In this document: in pieces, positions 42,701 to 55,404 of the stretch | How the letters are laid out: each line of letters begins with the position of its first letter | Position numbering within the stretch: the stretch's first letter is position 1 | Assembly (NCBI GenBank): GCA_965153455.1 | Contig: OZ234493.1 | Location: 19,830,213 to 19,894,212, forward strand | Reading direction: 5' to 3' | DNA: 64,000 nt | Source of the DNA: Sphagnum compactum | Lineage: Eukaryota | The notes under the pieces: model-generated | Seen by the model: only the letters and a program-made list of their open reading frames with translations | Told to the model about the DNA's origin: nothing | Database searches by the model: none | Made by a program: the position numbers and the translations under genes

Positions 42701-43056
42701 GTCACTTATCAACTCTGTTTGAAGCATTCGATGCATCAATGCCATACGAGAATCCTGAAAGGATCATCATAGAGAAAGAGATGTTTGGTCGCCAGATTCT
42801 CAACATAGTGGCGTGTGAAGGTCTGGAGAGAGTGGAACGAGCTGAACCTTATAAGCAATGGCATTCACGAATCACACGAGCAGGATTCAGGCAGTTGCCA
42901 ATAATGGAGAAGACGAGAGTCAAAATCAGGAGTATGATGAGAAATTTCCACAGAGATTATGGCATTGGTGAAGATGGTGCTTGGTTTTTGTCAGGCTGGA
43001 AAGACAAAATACTCCACGCGATGTCTGTATGGGAGCCTATTCCCATCAGCCCTTGA
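38255..43056 (+). CDS. GRAS family transcription factor, LISCL/SCL14-like subfamily, 5 exons, ~828 aa
   Basis: Exons 38255-39630, 40676-40802, 41633-41909, 42073-42350, 42628-43056. Total 2487 nt, in frame, GT-AG introns. Motifs: LHRI 'DLSNLLLRCAQAV', VHIID-like 'VHIVDYGILYGVQWP', 'RITGIDLPQPGFRP', 'LLDESVVAASPRDLVLNRIRSMNP', 'NIVACEGLERVERAEPYKQW', terminal 'GWKDKILHAMSVW'. The N-terminal 'YLNDLMDDEPEENKCMF...AFQAMAKEL' resembles the LISCL acidic motif. The start codon is assumed to be the first in-frame ATG. Confidence 0.93.
39689..39716 (+). repeat. (TC)14 microsatellite at the start of GRAS intron 1
   Basis: Read directly from the sequence. Confidence 0.9.
40263..40546. mobile_element. 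Foldback/MITE-like inverted repeat in GRAS intron 1
   Basis: Outer arms TCAGGTAGGTGGTGTA / TACACCACCTAACTGA. Perfect 18-bp arms TGAACTCAAGGGTGACCC (40296-40313) / GGGTCACCCTTGAGTTCA (40496-40513). Inner arms ACCTCTCTT / AAGAGAGGT and GTGGAGAGA / TCTCTCCAC. Confidence 0.7.
41038..41202. mobile_element. Small MITE-like inverted repeat in GRAS intron 2
   Basis: Ends TCTTAGGTGG(TAATGGG) / (CCCTTT)CCACCTAAGA, with inner arms ACTGGTTT / AAACCAGT. Confidence 0.45.
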
Positions 43057-44285
43057 CATATGCTGCCACAGGGGTTGCTGATTTGGCTAACTTTCTCTGA
43101 GTCCCACTTCCAGTTTCACATTGTACCATAACTTGAGCTTGATGATCCAGCTTTATTGAAGTGGGCACACAACAACCACTGTACTTTGTATAGTAGAAGA
43201 TGCAGCAATGTGCCCTTTTTTTCTGGGGCCCTTACAGCAGTGCATGTGTTTCTGACTCAGAAGCTCAACTGAGCTTTAGATACTGAGCACCCAAAAAAAG
43301 AAAGGGGCATTGCATTGACAACAGATGAGACAGATTTGCTTGATGAGATTGTGGACCCATATAGATGGTTGCAGGGAGTGCTGTTTGTGGGTGATGCTTT
43401 TGAATTCTTTGTTCCTTCTTGCAATACTAAGTAAAAAAATTCTCATCTCATTTGTCATCTTCACTTTTTGTCTCAGAATGGTTACAGTATTTTCTACTGC
43501 CATTTCTGGGTGATGTTCTTGTGGTTGAGTCGGGACAGTCATCAGTTTTGAGCTATATGTACATATGTACAGTGTTGATCGTGAAGAAGTAGTGCTGTTT
43601 GGTTGTCTTTTGTCACTCTTCATTTATTGTGTTGTAAATTCAAATGTGCTGACCATGATGACCAATCCAAGCTATCAGAACCCCAATTCCATGTTGATGA
43701 AAACGGAGTCCTGCTGTTACCAGCCAGCTCTTTTCATCACATTGATTTCTTTTGAGTTGCACAAGTTTTGTTTGTTCCAACACAACTCCTCTGAACTGTT
43801 ATGGATTTCTCTACACAAGCACAGGAGCTTGTACCAAAAGTGCAGCATGTCTGTATACTACTTGATTAAGAAGATTGTAGATGTAGTTTGCAGATTGCTG
43901 ACAGTATTGAACAGCTGGACAGATGGACATGAAAGCTGGTATAACAGCTTGAGATATTTCTGTGCAATGTCTGAAAGAAATTGATGTTAAAAGGTTGCAG
44001 AGAGCTGAGTCTGGTTGCCGTTTTGGCTAGTCTCTTTTGCAAGAGTCAAGAGACCCAAACTCAACACACACTAGTACTGTCTGCAAAGCTTGTTGCAAAA
44101 CTTGATAACGGTCCTCAGTACAAAGCTTGCCAACTTGGTTAGATGCAAGATTTCACCATTCTCCCCCAGTTTCTCCCATTGCAATTGCACGAATGAAGGC
44201 AGCTGAATCGCAAAAATTCTTGCGTGAAAGATCTGTAATGCCATCTCTAAACTAAGAAGCGCACTGTACGCACATTGCAACTGAG

Positions 44286-44312
44286 TTAGGGTTAGGGTTA
44301 GAGCTAGGGTTT
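44286..44312. promoter_or_regulatory. Telo-box / short telomeric-like repeats upstream of the mS37-like gene
   Basis: GTTAGGGTTAGGGTTAGAGCTAGGGTTT includes TAGGGTTT (AAACCCTA on the minus strand). This motif is common near plant translation-machinery genes. Confidence 0.6.
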
Positions 44313-44393
44313 GGGGCTCGCGCAATGAGCAAGCTTCGTGACGAGAGAGGAAGGAAACGACGACGAGGAAGAGCGGTGGAGGGAGGCATTGAG

Positions 44394-44869
44394 ATGGGGA
44401 GGAAGGCGGGTGTCATGCGGGTGAATCCCAAGCACTTGACACGCAGGACGATGCCGTGTTTCCAGGAGATGCTTGTCTTTCTCTCGTGTCTTCACAAGTT
44501 CAATTACGATGACGACAAGGTTGTGAAGGAGAAGAACGCCCTCAACATGTGCATGGATGTTCAGGTTCCTGTCTTCGTCTTCTTCTTCGTCTCTTCTTCT
44601 ACTGCCGTTTGCTTTCCGTGTCTCTCTTTTCTCGCTGGCCTCGGATCGCTCATGATTCCTGCGAGAAATTTGTCTTTGAAGTTTACATCTGTTTGCCAAG
44701 GTTCTTCTGCATTATTTAAGTTTCCTTCATTTGGTTTTGGGGTTCTTTCATGTGTAGTTCATTTCTGGGAAGTGGGGTTTGGGAATATCAGGCAAAGCAG
44801 GGCAAGCAGCACAACACCATCAACTACCACTTGCAAAGGATATCACGCACAATGAAGGGGGCAGACTGA
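44394..44869 (+). CDS. Small twin-CX9C (CHCH) protein, mitochondrial ribosomal protein mS37/Mrp10-like, 2 exons, 82 aa; third Cys replaced by Val
   Basis: Exons 44394-44564 (CAG|GT) and 44792-44869 (CAG|G). Translation: MGRKAGVMRVNPKHLTRRTMPCFQEMLVFLSCLHKFNYDDDKVVKEKNALNMCMDVQ-AKQGKQHNTINYHLQRISRTMKGAD. The MGRKAG...NPK...PC..EM..FL.CL pattern and INYHLQR match the plant mS37-like family as I recall it. A telo-box lies upstream. Confidence 0.8.
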
Positions 44870-45091
44870 TGTGCACTCTATGATAGTAATTTGAGAGATT
44901 GCTCTCTCCTTCTTGGACAGGCTGATGTGCACTCTATGGTAGTAATCTGAGAGATAGATTGATCTCTCTTTCTCATAGGGTATGTCTTGCACTTGGCTCA
45001 TTTCTGAGCTCCTCCTAAATTTTTTTGTGCAGAATACATTGCTATTGAATCATGTCAAAGACTCCTTGAAGTTACAATTATTGCCTTTCAA

Positions 45092-45455
45092 GCTTTCTGG
45101 AGAATAGTGTCGTTTTGTGCTTGGGGAAAAATGCAGTTAAGGAATCTGAACATCAAGGATGATGAAAAGAAGAATGTGGTCAAAGTATATCTGTGTGTTG
45201 CTTTTGATTTTCATCTTTTCCTCTATTGCAAAGGAGGATGGTATGGGACCATTTCAAGTGTCATAGTTATAGTCTTTCTGGCTTTCTGGAGAGATTTTGA
45301 TAGTGTTTTCCTGGTTGAGGAAAAATGCAGTTCAGGAATCTGGACAGCACAGATGATGAAAAGGAGAATATGGTGAAAGTGTGTCTGTGTGTTGCTTTTG
45401 ATATTCAGCTTTTCCTCTATTGCAAAGGAGGAGGGAATGGAACTGTGTCAAGTGA
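45092..45455. repeat. Diverged ~190 bp tandem duplication downstream of the mS37-like gene
   Basis: GCTTTCTGGAGA...GGAAAAATGCAGTT.AGGAATCTG...GATGATGAAAAG...TCTGTGTGTTGCTTTTGAT...CTTTTCCTCTATTGCAAAGGAGGA...TCAAGTG occurs at ~45092 and ~45281. Confidence 0.85.
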
Positions 45456-46143
45456 CTGCCATGACACAGACAGGTGAACTCATCAACTTATGGATTTTTG
45501 GAGAAGAGATTTTACACAAGTCTTAGTGTTCATAGTTCAGCTGGAACATAAGTCTGAAAATCCTATATAGTTGTTTCCTTGACTTGTAATTTTGGCTACA
45601 TTGGTTAGCTGACGAGTTATATCTCCGGTCCTTACTTCCAATTTTAGGATGAGGATGGCCTTTGTTTAAGTGTACTCTTTGAATTGAAATTGGAGTTTTT
45701 AAAGTATGGGACACATTTCAGACAAACCAACACAGTTATATTTGAACATAGGTCTCAAGAAGCTTGCACTGCCAATATCTGAATTAGCTGTTGTTGTTGT
45801 TGTTGCAAATTTGATGGATCAAATGTGGGTGAAGCTTGTGCCTTTGTGGGCTGTCCTAATTGTGCAGGTGTCCCCTTCAACGAAATCTAGGTTTTATGAA
45901 TCTAGAACCCACCCTTTGAGCCACCCGTGTTCTAGAACTCTTTTGAGTTGTAGAATATGCTTAAAGGATCAGATTAAGTAAATCTATGTGGTGGCTGGCA
46001 GAGTTTACTCTTGCATATCTGTTTCAACTTCATTCAACTACTGGTATGAGCTAAAAGCTTGGGAATCTTGTGTGATAACGAGTAGCAAGGATATTTACAT
46101 CATTTACAGCCTTGTGTTTAGGGAGTGGATATCACTGGTGTGA

Positions 46144-46290
46144 TACTGCCTCCCCATTTGGAGGTTTTCCATATCCTGCCATTTCTAATCTGAATTACTG
46201 GATGGGACACTGCCTCCCTGTTTGGAGGATTTTTCAGATTCTGCCATTTTTAATCTGAATCATACTGCCACCCCATTTGGAGTTTTTCCT
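46144..46290. repeat. ~60 bp degenerate tandem repeat (2.5 units)
   Basis: ACTGCC.CCC..TTTGGAG...CTGCCATTT.TAATCTGAAT repeats at about 46145, 46209 and 46264. Confidence 0.75.
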
Positions 46291-47161
46291 TTCTATTATG
46301 CCCAAATTGTGAGGAAATCATCTGCACTGGCACAGAATTTTCCCAAAATGGTCTGAGCTGGAGACATTGAAAACCACAAAATCTTTAAAGTTCAATATAT
46401 TCCCATCCCCAAGGATTTTGAAGATTTCAGTAATTTAATAGTACCCACAATTTGGGAAGAATTATTAAAACACATCTGAAATCCAACAAAAGCTACAACT
46501 TTGGAAATGCAAATGAAGTTAATGAAGAATTGTCAAACTCTGAAGTTTGAAAAGCAACAACTTGGAAATTTTCTTTCAAAGGCATTACTCAACTCATTGT
46601 TGATTTTGCAACTGTCCCCTTTCATTGGGACTAGGGTTTTGGCGCTGTCCAACAAATGAGCATCAAATTGTGTGTAGATTGGCAATCTTGCTAAACATGG
46701 ATTAATTGCTTCCCCAATCATGATCCTCACAACAGGGATCATGTACTCAGTTATGTGTTATTAAGTTACTTATGATAGGATGTTTAAATTTTTTTTAGGA
46801 TTTTTTTTGACATTCAATTTAGTGTTTTTAGTGTTTCTTGGTTGTGACTTTGTTAGTTTCACTAGATTCGTGTCATTGCATTATTTGTGCATTGAACTTT
46901 GATTTCTTTGCCATTATTGCTCAAACACTTATTTACCGAGCAAACACAAAATGCATCAAAATCTGTGTTTCCTTGTAATGCACTTCATAACTTTTTACAC
47001 ATTTGCAACCAACTTCATAAATCTTTCACTTTAGTTTCAAATTCAATCATTTCAACTTTAAATTCAATCCATTAAAGTGTTTAGGGGAAAAAACATTTCA
47101 TGTGAATGGGCACAACATTTAAAGAAGCTAGCATGAAAACAACCATGACAAAGGAGGGCCA

Positions 47162-47689
47162 GGGTGAACCAGCACCTACACTGGTACCGTCACCCTCTTG
47201 AGTGAGGCCTTTTAGTGTCCATATTTCACCCAGAAAATATTAAATTTGGACTCAAAGACCCGGATTTAGTCTTACAACCAGACATTTACCATGGTTAAAG
47301 CATCCCCAAAAAAATTAGGGTTTTTACTCTTTTACAAGTGTCGGTCAGTTATTGGCATTTCTAAAACCACCAGGTAGGTCATTAAAAAGTTTAATAACCG
47401 TCAATTATGCATAAGGGTAGGTTTTCAAATCACCAGTTAACCTGCGGGTTATACACCAATTATATGTTTTCTTTATTAAAAATTATTTTTATTATTATTT
47501 GTATTCATGTTTAAAAATTGATAACCTACCTGGATGATAATCAGATCATCCCGGTAGGTTATTAAAGTTTGAAAAATCAATATAAAATGGTTATCAATTT
47601 ATTCAGTTATCCAAAACTCAATAACCAGCTTGAGAACCAGGCCAAAACTCAATAACTGGCCAACAATGGCTTTAGGTGCTGGTTCACCC
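47162..47689. mobile_element. MITE with GGTGAACCAGCACC terminal inverted repeats (TIRs), carrying a nested second TIR element
   Basis: Perfect 17-bp TIR GGGTGAACCAGCACCTA / TAGGTGCTGGTTCACCC. The first ~120 bp match 59427-59540. A nested element at ~47338-47667 has ends TGTCGGTCAGTTATTG / CAATAACTGGCCAACA. Confidence 0.75.
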
Positions 47690-49415
47690 AAGACCAAGAC
47701 TCACACTGGCAAGGTCATTTTATTGTGTAAACTCAATGAATCCAAAAGTGTGCAGGAAGTTATGAAAGAAGCCATTGTAGGAATGTGAGTTCTCAAGTGC
47801 ATGTGGGCATAGGGCTATAGAGAGTATAGAGTCCTCCTCCAAGTGAGGCTTTGGAGAATTCCAAGAAATGTAATTTGTGCTACATTAAATCCCCCCTTGA
47901 TCCACTTCAAACCCAACTATTTGGTTCCATTGAAAACAACCAATGTGTCTGTCTAAAAATCTGAACACTAAAGGAAAAGCTGCACCCTGACCTCCTCAAT
48001 GTGCCCTCCATCACAGTTACAAGGCTTCACCCACTGTATCTAACTAACTTCACCTTGTTGCCTGGACTGTGGAGTGCAGAGTTCCAAAATCTATTTGGGT
48101 GTGAGTGCAAATGCCAAAGTTTCAAACTTAATAACTTCACCTAAAAATTTGTCAATATCTGAGAAAAAGAAACTCGGGAGTTTTGAAATTTACTTGGGTG
48201 TAGTGCGAATGTCAAATGTGTGAAACTTAACTGTTGTCAGCAAAAGGCTTGAATTTCCCCAACTCACAACTCACAAGCATAAGGGAGGGAAAGTTGAAGT
48301 TCTTCTTCTTGTCAGCCCAGTTGTGTCAAGGATTGGCCTGTGTACATGATGGCCATTGGCCATTGTTTTTGCCTATTGGACAGCCTTGCAAGGAGTTGGG
48401 GGTTGGGCACCCCCTGGCACACCCCGAACTAGTGAACTGGCACTCACTAGGGCAAGCACAATGGATGGTGTCGGGACAACAATCTTTGTTTTTTTGGGGT
48501 TGTATCCCTCGTCCAGAACTAACCATGGTGGTTAGCTATGTATCAACTGTCCACATGCATTTGTCTACTTACAAGCCACCAAGTGACTTACTTACCTACC
48601 TACTTACCTACAATACTTCACCAAGTGACTTACTTACCTACCTACTAACCTACAATACTTCCGCAACGACTTACATAGATAGTTACCTAAGTTGTGTGAG
48701 GGGGGAAATACGAGAGTTTACAGGATAGGCTACCACTGAGGAACCTTGGTAACTCATTTGTGGTTACCTGACCTTTTCAGTGGTTCAGCTACTACTGAGT
48801 TATAGCAGGGTTCCAATGCATGGGGCACTAGTGGGTAGCTGGGTCACATAATCTGGCACAGCTGGGCCCTCACCTCACCATGGCCAGCTTGCAGTTCAGC
48901 TAAAATTCTCCTTCATCTTGGGGACATGGTCCACCATGTTCTCCATGATGAGAGCAGCCTTGTAAGGCTGGAATTATTTGGAAATCCCAAAACAGAACAT
49001 ATATTAGGCTAACTGTTGTTGTTCGTCAATCTGCACATCACACACAAAGCTTGTGTAAAACAGATGACAATTGATTCAAAACAAGGATCAGAACTGCAGC
49101 GTGCTAAACACCACCCCCGCCCTCCCCCTCCCCAACAAACTGGTTGGGTGTCTTGAGAACCTCACTCGAGATTCCATCAAATTCAAAAAAATTCCATAAC
49201 ATCCACTTATTTTTACTGGGGTGTATACATGATACACATGATGAAGCTCTCAAAACCTGTAACTCCAAAATTTGTCTGGATAAATCATTTGAAGGAAAGT
49301 CACCCAAAACTACTTTCACCCAAAACTACTTACGAGAAAACTGATCCCAAAAATGACCACTACATAGCAAACCAAATCAAGTTCTGCAAACCACACTGCA
49401 CCTTGTTGTACTGAA

Positions 49416-49420
<5 letters not shown>

Positions 49421-49446
<26 letters not shown>
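49421..49446 (+). repeat. (TC)13 microsatellite
   Basis: Read directly from the sequence. Confidence 0.9.
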
Positions 49447-49447
<1 letters not shown>

Positions 49448-52319
49448 TTGGGGTTTGAAGCCAAGTAACCCTAATTTATAATATGATGTTAGGATGGTAG
49501 TTGGCACTCTATTTCATGGGTGCACAACATTACGTTCTTCAAATGGCATTAGCACCCCCCCCAACCCATAATGAACAATTTCTCTCTCTTGAGGGTTTGG
49601 TAAAAAAATTAGTGACTATGTCCTACAAACCATGACCACCATCGTGACCCAATTACCATCAAATTGTTACATTTTTTATTTTTTGGGGGAATAGCAATGA
49701 AGGTTACATTTTTCTTTTGTTTTTTCTTGGGGGAGTGTGATGGGAATAAACAGTGGCCACCTACCAACAACTTTAGGTTTGGGTCATAAAGAAAACCCAC
49801 CAGCCAACCTCCTCCACACTTAAATCACCTCCGTAAGTAACAAAGTTGATTAGATCATGCACGGCCTATGCATGACAGCATGACATGCAATTTCCCTGCT
49901 GACTTTGTCTAATAAGTTCATGGGGGAGGAAGGGGGGGGGGGGGGGAGGGTTGGGGCGGTGGCGAGCTAGACATAGTGTGCATGCATACCTCTGGGACAA
50001 GACTATTGTACGAGACAAATTGATAAGGTTTGAGTTGAAGATATCATTATCATGCTTTGTTATAACAACAATGCACTCCCAGAAGTGCACACGGGCTGCT
50101 ACCACCTCATTGCTTCAAAAAGTGTGTGTGTACATGCGCTTGGATCAGCTGGACTACTTACTTGTACAGCCCTTCCAATAGATACTTATCACCAGGCCAA
50201 AGCTACCTGCAAGCTGCTGCTAAAGAGATCTGAAACTGTGCAGAAAAACAACAATATGAAATTAGGGTTGCTTGTTTGATTCCAGTTTACTCCAGCACCA
50301 TATGTTGTAGCCACCACTAGTAGGCTTGGAGGGGCTTGTCTTTGATGGTACAAACATTTTCTGGGAATGAAGTGTTCATAACCCAGATGCCAGGAGTTGG
50401 TTTTCAATCATTGAACATGTTTGTCAATCTCTTTGGCCAAAACTCAACTTTTGGTCTGTACAAAGTTTGTTGAAGTCCCTCCTGCCAGTAGCCTAGTTGT
50501 TAGCAAAATAGTACCCTCCTCTTCCTGCGTATTGCATATGATTGCTTATGCATCAAAAGGAAGTTCAATAAAGTATTTGATATCAATTGCATATGCACAC
50601 ATGATTGCATGTGCATCATGGAAATGGGCTATTGCAGAAGTAACAATTTAACTAGATAGTTCATTCTAACAATATGACAATTTATAAAGGGACCGACTAT
50701 AATAACTAAGGTCCACACTGTTTGCATGACAACATCATCAAATCTGTGAAAGCCCGTTCTCATGGTACTTGCCACCTTCCTTTGAGATTCTTCGGAAGAA
50801 TTGATCTCTTCAACTTCCATTCCCCAATAATAAGATTCATATGGAAGAAAGGAAGGTTACTTTAATATATTTTAACTACAACATCCGTGCAGTGGCAATG
50901 CCAAATCCCCAAAAATCAGCCTTTTCACTTGGGTTTAGGAGCTAAACAATGTTAGCTATGTCCCATATGACCAGTGTCAACTACATGTCTTGTCATAAAT
51001 TATGAACTTGCTCGGGTCAACAATCCATTTACTTTGGGCAATGGGCATGTGATAGGGTCAACAACCCTGTACTTATAAACGTTCCGCAATGCTCACACCT
51101 TCTATTAAACTACCAAAATTAACACCTCAGGCACCCTTGCTGATTTGAGTTAGGGTCCTGTTATCCTCCCCTACCAAACAACCTTTTTTTTTCTGACCAA
51201 ATATTGCCAGATTCTACATAAGAAGTGTTCATGCTCCAAGTACAATGGGAGAAAAATGAGGAAATTTTGATTTCAAATAGCCAGGAATCATGTCCATTGT
51301 ACATGACCATGTGATAGCCAAATTGCTACATCAACCAACATGGGAGTAGCATGAGATCGTTTTATGGCCATAAATCTTGTAGCTTAGACTCAATCTTAAC
51401 CTTCCAATTTTCATGAGGTGGCTACATCTTGGCCTTATATGTCATCGAAATAATTACCCTAGGGTTTAGATAGCAACTAGCTCATTTACAACTAGGGTTT
51501 TAGGTTAGAGGCAACTATCCTAGACATAAGCTTTAGGGTTAGAACTAGAAAGCCACCTTTTTTTTTTGAGTTTCAACCTACCGTACTAATAGTACTTGCT
51601 TACCCTAGTAAGTATTTACTTACAAACTATTACTGAAAAAATAAATCCCATTATAGGTATGTCACCATTGTGTTGTCACATGCATAATTATGGTAATGAC
51701 ATTGTGAACTCAAACCTTATGAAATTGAACACTAAAGTTGTGAAGAACTTGAATGTTGAACCTTAAAGTTCAAACTTCACTACTTAATTCCTAATGTCTT
51801 TGTTGAAATTGAAGATGGTGGCTACTTGTGATTGTTACTAACATTGAAAGTTAGTTGTTGAACTTGCAACTTATAATAGTCTTCTGGAATTTTGAATGTG
51901 CAATCAAACTATCAGGTGATAGGTTAGACTTTACAAGTCTAGAATGTGCATATCATTCCTACAATTCATAGTTTTTTAAAAGGTCCAAATTGATTGACAA
52001 GTCCTTTTTTCTAGTGGATATGTATATTATGATTAGATGCCTAGGGCTTGAATGACACATGTGTAAATTTTGATGAGGGAATTTAATTCAAATGGCTTAT
52101 GTGACTATCTATCAAATTGAACATCTAGTCAAGTTGAACAAAAAAATTACCATCTTTATCAAAATGGTCAATGAATTTCAATCAATTGGGACATTTGGTC
52201 AAGTTGAACAAAGTAAAATGACATCCTTAATCAAGATGGACAATAATGTTTTAATCAAATGGGTCATCCTATGTTACGTAATAGGCAATGTAAGTTACAA
52301 ACTAAGCTAGGCAATAGCC

Positions 52320-53560
52320 TAGACCTACTTACATACTAACTTCCTTACCTACTTATCTACCTACCTTTTACTTCCCACCTACCTATTTAGTTACATGCCT
52401 AACTACCTATTTCATTCTTCCCACCTACCATCCTACAAACCTACCTATTTCCTTTTCACATACCATTATGGGTAGTTGCACACTAAACAATCCATTTTTT
52501 GGTGTCACAAGGACAATTTTTGGGGGGTACCCCTAAGTTTGGTACATATGTGTTGGAATATGATTGAAAATTATAAAATGGATTCATCTAATTAATTTAT
52601 AACACTTGTAAATCAAATTGGAAAATTTGAAATAAAATGTCATCATTTCATTACAAGGTGGACTTTTAAAACGATGTAACATTTTTGTCATAGTTCTTAA
52701 AAACGTTTATGGACTTTTATTATATAATAAACATGTGTGAAATGTTGATTTTTTCCCCTTAGTATGATTGTCACGCTATTGTAATGGAAAAATAAAGGCT
52801 TGCAAGCAAGTTTAAATATTTTAATTTATCGGGTCTCCATAAAATAGTCAATAGTCTATAAAATCCATGATTTATTAAAATGGAAATTTTGAAAATTATA
52901 ATTATTGTAATAAATGACATTATTACCTTACATAATATGTGCCAATTATAAACATTAAAAAAACCCATGTTTTTGCTTCTAACTTTTCCCTTAACTAATC
53001 AAGTCGAACATTTTTTTCAATTTATGAACTTGTAAGTTTAAAGTCTAGGTATTACATTTGCCTTCTGTTTTCAAATGGACAATTTTACATTCCCAAAATA
53101 CTAAACATTCAAATTAAATTTTTTTTTAAAATAAAATTGTGGACTCCACATGTGCCATTTTTAGTTCACCTTAGTGTGCATTCACCCTTCTTCAAATCTA
53201 CCTACCAAGTATTTACCTCTTACTTCCCACCTACCATCTTACAAACCTAGCTACCTACCTCCTACAATTTCCTTACCTACCTACTAATTTATTTACCTAC
53301 ATAATTACCTACCTCTTAGTTCCCACATACCATCTTACATACCTACCTACCTATCCATTTACTTAAATGCCTCGTACTTCGTACCTACCTAGATTTTCCC
53401 ACCTAGCTACTATTATTCCTACAACCTACATACTTATGTATTTACCTACTTAGATCTACCCACCTACCTTTTACTTCCTACAAACTACCTACTTACTTCC
53501 TATGGACTACAAACTACCTCTTACCTACCCTTTTACGTACCAACCATTGTGCAACCGATG
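52320..53560. repeat. Degenerate (TACC)n low-complexity tracts (52320-52460 and 53190-53560)
   Basis: Dense CTACCTACCTAC-like repeats. Similar tracts occur at 48580-48660 (42-bp tandem duplication) and 37053-37100 (as a palindrome). Confidence 0.7.
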
Positions 53561-54281
53561 TATTAATTACCTAACTTTCTTACTAACTTACATAATTAAT
53601 CATGTGAAATAAACGAATGAAATAAAAAAACTTGACAAGTTTTGTCAATTTTGGACATTGTAGTATCTTGATAAGGATTTGGATTATCATTGGGGAGATG
53701 AAGGGTTCAATTCTTAATACTTACAACCTATATACACACTTGAAAATTTAGGGTAGGTAAATGTGAGCCCTATTTACACATCCATGTACATTACTCTCAA
53801 TTAATTGGGAATTGCATTGAATTTGCAAGAAGTTTGAAGGGGTTGTCAAGGACATTCAAGGATTTCAAACTAAAATGAGTAGTAAATCATTCACTAGTCA
53901 GAAGGGAAAAATTGTCCAGGGATTCATTAGATAAAGTAATGTGGGGGTTGGTTCTTTTCCTTGACAAAAATTTATTATACTTCTTTGGAACTTAAACTAC
54001 ATATGATTAGACATGTAAGGTGTCTAGAGGTGTTGGGATTGAGATCGAATAATATAATTTATATTTGACAAAATGTTAAATTTGTTACAATGTTTACAGA
54101 ATGTCACCATACAATAAAACCTAAACAAGGATAATCTAAACTTCTTGAAGCTTTTAGGGATGTGGCAATATAGGTTGTCTAGTGAAAACAAACAAGAATG
54201 ATTTTTTTGAACATTGTAAACATGTAGGATTAGTTTTGGACAAAATAACAAATACAATAAGCAATGTGATATGGTGACAAT

Positions 54282-55404
54282 TGTAACATGGATTTTGTGA
54301 TAAACAAAATCTTTCTTTAGTTCATGGATAAGCCCAAGAAGGACTACAAGTATATGTTGAATCCTAAATTATGTTGTAAGGAAAATTTATAACAACAAGA
54401 ATTCAAACATGTGTCGGATGGCTGAACAAGGTGTTTGGCCCTGTAATTGGAGGGTAATTGATTAATTAAACCACATAACTAACAATAGTGACCAATGCCT
54501 AAAGTTGAAAACCATGCCAAAACTTCAACTTCATCACCTTCATAAATGCCTTCGTCAAATATTCCAAGATCATCATTCATAACCATCTTGACTTTAAGCA
54601 ATATCACTAAAGAATGAACATGAAGGCCTAATCAATAATACCAAACTTGAGGATGTTCAAGTTCCAAACATGGCAGCATGGGCTCCAAGTGAGGGTGCAC
54701 AACACGGTTATATGTCATGAATGGCATCGCCAACATCATCACTAACATCATCATCAACATCATTGCCAACATCATCACCAACATCATTTTTAGTTCGTTA
54801 CAATTCACTTTTAGTTAATTGTTAGTTTAGTTCACTCTTAGTTAATTATTAGTTCATTTTAAGTTCATTTTTAGTTCACTTTCAATTTGGTCATGGGCCA
54901 CACACTCAAAGAAGCTTCCATGGGGGCTTCTTTGAGTTAGGACCCTAAGGGGTATAAATAGACGTAAGACCTTCAATTACCTTTAGTATGTTTAACACCA
55001 ATTTTGGGTACATTTTCTTGTCATAGTTTTGTTTTACTTTTGTTTTATTCTTGTAATAAAAACTTGTTGAATTCCTTGTTTCACACATGTCATGTCCTTG
55101 TTATTGTTTTTCTTGTTTCGCAATTTGGATTTGGAACTAAGCATGCCTTTGCTTTCGTTTTCGTTTAGAAAATCATGTAGACTTGGTTGTTTTTATATCC
55201 ATTATAATTTGAATAGACTCCCATCAAGCCTATTTTTGTTGTCTTTGTTCTTATTATCCTTTGTTTTTTTTAAATCATGCCTACATCTAGGGAAAATTTT
55301 TTAATGTCCATGGATGAAGTCCTTATTGTCTTTCAAAATCTACAATAAAAAAATCAAGCACTTCTTGGATTCGTTGTTCATCTCCAAAGCAATCAAATTT
55401 TGAC
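54282..55404 (+). mobile_element. Possible solo LTR
   Basis: Candidate TG...CA ends. An internal hairpin CTCAAAGAAGC/GCTTCTTTGAG (54905-54936) is followed by TATAAATAG (~54953) and a downstream AATAAA in T-rich sequence, which fits a U3-R-U5-like layout. No target-site duplication (TSD) was found. Confidence 0.3.

Noticed and set aside
43640..44325. Minus-strand ORF 44071-44325 as a divergent gene from the telo-box promoter
   Set aside because: No recognisable motifs, and the downstream frame has several stops without convincing splice sites.
45157..45455. ATGATGA (C-box-like) in both duplicated units, suggesting tandem C/D snoRNAs
   Set aside because: I saw no appropriately placed CTGA D box or terminal stem.
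51650..52150. Possible PIF1/Helitron helicase C-terminal relic (QMAYVTI resembling GQxYVALSR)
   Set aside because: The similarity is too degenerate to distinguish from chance.
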